DNA from: Octopus bimaculoides
Lineage: Eukaryota
Assembly (NCBI RefSeq): GCF_001194135.2
Contig: NC_068993.1
Span: forward strand, 49,870,699 to 49,934,698
Length of the DNA stretch: 64,000 bases
Direction of reading: 5' to 3'
In this document: positions 61,275 through 64,000 of the stretch, piece by piece
How the letters are laid out: every line of letters begins with the position of its first letter
How positions within the stretch are numbered: the stretch's first letter is position 1
Notes under the pieces: generated by a model
Database searches by the model: none
Seen by the model: only the letters and a program-made list of their open reading frames with translations
What the model was told of the DNA's origin: nothing
Position numbers and translations under genes: made by a program

Positions 61275-63479
61275 CATACATACGTGTGTGTGTGTGTGTG
61301 TGTGTGTGACATGAATCCAGGCCAAAGAATTTTAATTCAATGCAAGATATTTAATGACCGAGAGTACCCAACAACTCAGCTTGCAGCTAGTGCTATGACT
61401 TTATACCTATTTGAATTCAGGAATAGAAAGAGTGGACCTCAAAACAGATTTTAAAAACTTACACTAAATATGAAAAAATTTACAAGTTGCCTTGCTGAAC
61501 ATCTTGTAATTTCACCAACTATTGACTTCGTCAGCCACTGTTTCACTAAAGACAATTAGTAACACTGAATACAACACAAAACCAACAAGTATGTTTTTTC
61601 CAAATATTTATTCTGATACCCACTGCCTTCTATATGAATAACCATTCTCTCTCTCTCTCTCTCTCACACACACAAAGTTCACACAGATGTAAACATACAC
61701 ACACATACACCCCATAGTACACACATGCACACAAACTATTCCTATACTTGTTTTTATTTCTTCACACTCTGCCTGTGATTGCCCCTTAGGTGTATTTAAG
61801 AGAAAAGGATTGTGAAGCTTAATATGATGTTAGTAATGGTGCTCATGATAGTAAAATGTCTATGTATTTGTACGTATACACACACACACATATATATATA
61901 TTCACAGAAGCATATGTTCATATGTATGTGCGTCTGTGCTGTGTTCTTTCTTATACCTCCTTACCCTTTCTCCATATTTTTTTCATTTGAATTTTTATTT
62001 TATTTTGTTTTAAACGTCTGATAAATTGTCTGATAAATTCTGTGATAATAGGTTTTTATCTTATCTTTCTGTCTGTTGGGAATCTGTCAGCCACATACTA
62101 AATATATGTGTGTGTGTGTTATAAATAGCTGTATTGTATATATGTAAGTGTGCGTGTGTATGTGCGAGAGACAGAGAGAGAAAGACAGACAGAGAGAATG
62201 TTAGCTTCCACTAGCTCAGTCAATAGTTTGCTACAAATCTATGGGTGATCTTTGCTATATATACTGTTATATGACTATGATGGTATTGTGTGGGTGGCCA
62301 TGTGTATATATATACTATCAACAGTTATCTGCTTAAAAGTCAACCCCCATCTACCCCACAATCTTGCTTATTGTTCCCCTCTTGAGCAATATAACTAGTC
62401 TAGAAAATCTCAAACAGCCTTTTTATTTTGCTACCAACTGAATGTTATCTGACTGATTTTTTTTTTTTTAAAGTGTAGTGAAAGGGTCATTGAATTAGCA
62501 AGCATGGTCGGTGTATGCATGTGTTAATGTGCATGCGTTTTTCATTTGAATGTGTATGTGAATGTGAATATATATATATATATGTAAGCTGATGTGTGTG
62601 TGTGCATGTATACACACACACGTTAGCCTTTGTGCACCATGTGTCTATACATTAATGTACATACGATACATGTGCGAATGAATGAGTTTTTTTTCTTGCT
62701 CTTTTTTTTATATTTTTGATGCTGGCATTAATGTCCAGCCATTAGTATGTTTATGCTATATATAGGAAATAAAAGGAGGTGTTTGGTTGTGTGTGGGTAT
62801 GCATGTCTGTGTGGAGATGTACTTGTGTATATGATTTTGATAAATATGTGAGTGTGTGTGTGTATTTTCATATAAAAACATGTATGTATACATTTGTATG
62901 AGTGTATATGCATGTGCATACTGTATGTACTTACACATGCACGCATAAAAATAATACATTTATAAAAATGTACATATATTTCTGTGTGTGTACATGTGTG
63001 TGTGTGTGCGTGTGTGTGAATATATATTATATTGCAACATTGACATATTAACAACATAAAATATGTAAATAACTTAACGCAGTGTGACAAGATATTTTGA
63101 TGTGTCTATGTTTGTTTACAGTGATAGACACGGACAAACTGTGTATCTGTGTATTTGTGTGCATCAAATGATATCCTTATATTTTAATAAATACACAGTC
63201 AATATGTTTCTGTTTGTTTAAACAAATCTAGATTAATATTATTACCCATCTATCTATCTATCTGTATGCATGTGTGTGTGTGTATGTGTGTGAGCACTAC
63301 CACAACAATAAAAATGAATTTTATTGAATAATTTGGAGTTTGCAATACAATGTATATGTCAGCAAATATTTGCGACTGAAGTGTGTTGTTTTAGGTGAGT
63401 CCATTGTCAGAAAGTGTGTGTGTGTGTGTATGTGTATATTTATACGTTACTCTCTCACTCTTGTCTTCTCTAGTGCTGG

Positions 63480-63555
63480 CACTACAAATAAATGCACTTA
63501 TTGCACTCTGTAAAAGTGGTTAGCATTAGAAAGAGCATCCAGCTGTTGAAGCCAA
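63480..63555 (+). mobile_element. SINE family D fragment
   Basis: GTGGTTAGCATTAGAAAGAGCATCCAGCTGT resembles GTGGTTGGCGTTAGGAAGGGCATCCAGCTGT. Confidence 0.6.
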
Positions 63556-63722
63556 CCCAAAAATTGAGTGAGATATCGTCAACCAATCCGTCTAAGCCAC
63601 ATTTCTCCATGCTATAGGGCTTTCCTATAAGTAGGTTATCTCCCTTGGCTAGGCGGCGCTCCATGGAGACAATTAAACTTCCGCAGACTATCCACGCTAT
63701 TGTTATTGTTTTACGTCTTATC

Positions 63723-63878
63723 ATGGATATAAAGCAGCTCGATGATTCAGCTATCGAAGTACTTACTGTGCCTGAGTTAAATAAATATTTAAGATTATAT
63801 GGACAGCATGTTACTGAAAGAAAGGCGGACTTGACTGAAAGGTTGAAAGGTATAAAAATTCTGTCATATAGCATATAG
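63723..63878 (+). CDS. Short ORF / exon encoding a SAP domain
   Basis: MDIKQLDDSAIEVLTVPELNKYLRLYGQHVTERKADLTERLKGIKILSYSI*: LTVPEL..YLR..G...T.RKADL.ERL fits the SAP consensus L.V.ELK..L...GL...G.K..L..RL. Donor-like AAG|GTATAA at 63849/63850. Confidence 0.7.
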   Translation: MDIKQLDDSAIEVLTVPELNKYLRLYGQHVTERKADLTERLKGIKILSYSI

Positions 63879-64000
63879 GAGTCCACTTTTGCTGGTCATT
63901 CCTCTTATTTTTGTATGTAATATAATTTTAATCTTCGGATTTTTTTAATACGCTAGACCACTGGTTCTAATTGATTAATATCAATTTCTACACTTATTAA

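Noticed and set aside
3407-61325. All long ORFs containing X runs (for example 20856-22130, 35039-36256, 52635-53698)
   Set aside because: They are open only because N codons cannot be stops.
6306-63090. YIYI, CVCV, HTHT and LSLS-rich ORFs
   Set aside because: Translations of (TA)n, (TG)n, (CA)n and (CT)n microsatellites.

Overview
AT-rich, repeat-saturated animal genomic scaffold with 16 N-gaps totalling roughly 6 kb, many bounded by (TA)n. The repeat repertoire looks cephalopod, probably Octopus; this is inference from my recollection of octopus repeats and was not searched. No long intact protein-coding gene, rRNA, true tRNA or CRISPR array is supported, and nearly all ORFs in the track are gap or microsatellite artefacts. 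Supported content: (i) five interspersed SINE-type families (my labels A-E), many copies, with evident module swapping between families; (ii) decayed fragments of mariner, RTE, CR1/L2, Mutator, R4/Dong and Penelope-like elements, plus TTAA-ended MITEs; (iii) a CpG-rich housekeeping-type promoter (NRF1/ETS/YY1 motifs) and possible first coding exon near 2.9 kb, followed by a near-perfect 33-bp hairpin; (iv) a SAP-domain ORF at the right edge; (v) several weak micro-exon candidates that I cannot assemble into a named gene. Best leads: the SAP ORF, the promoter plus hairpin, an RTE/Penelope junction, R4/Dong-like insertions into (TAA)n including SINE tails, chimeric SINEs, and a young element carrying telomere-like repeats. 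I did not find an unambiguous new biological system.
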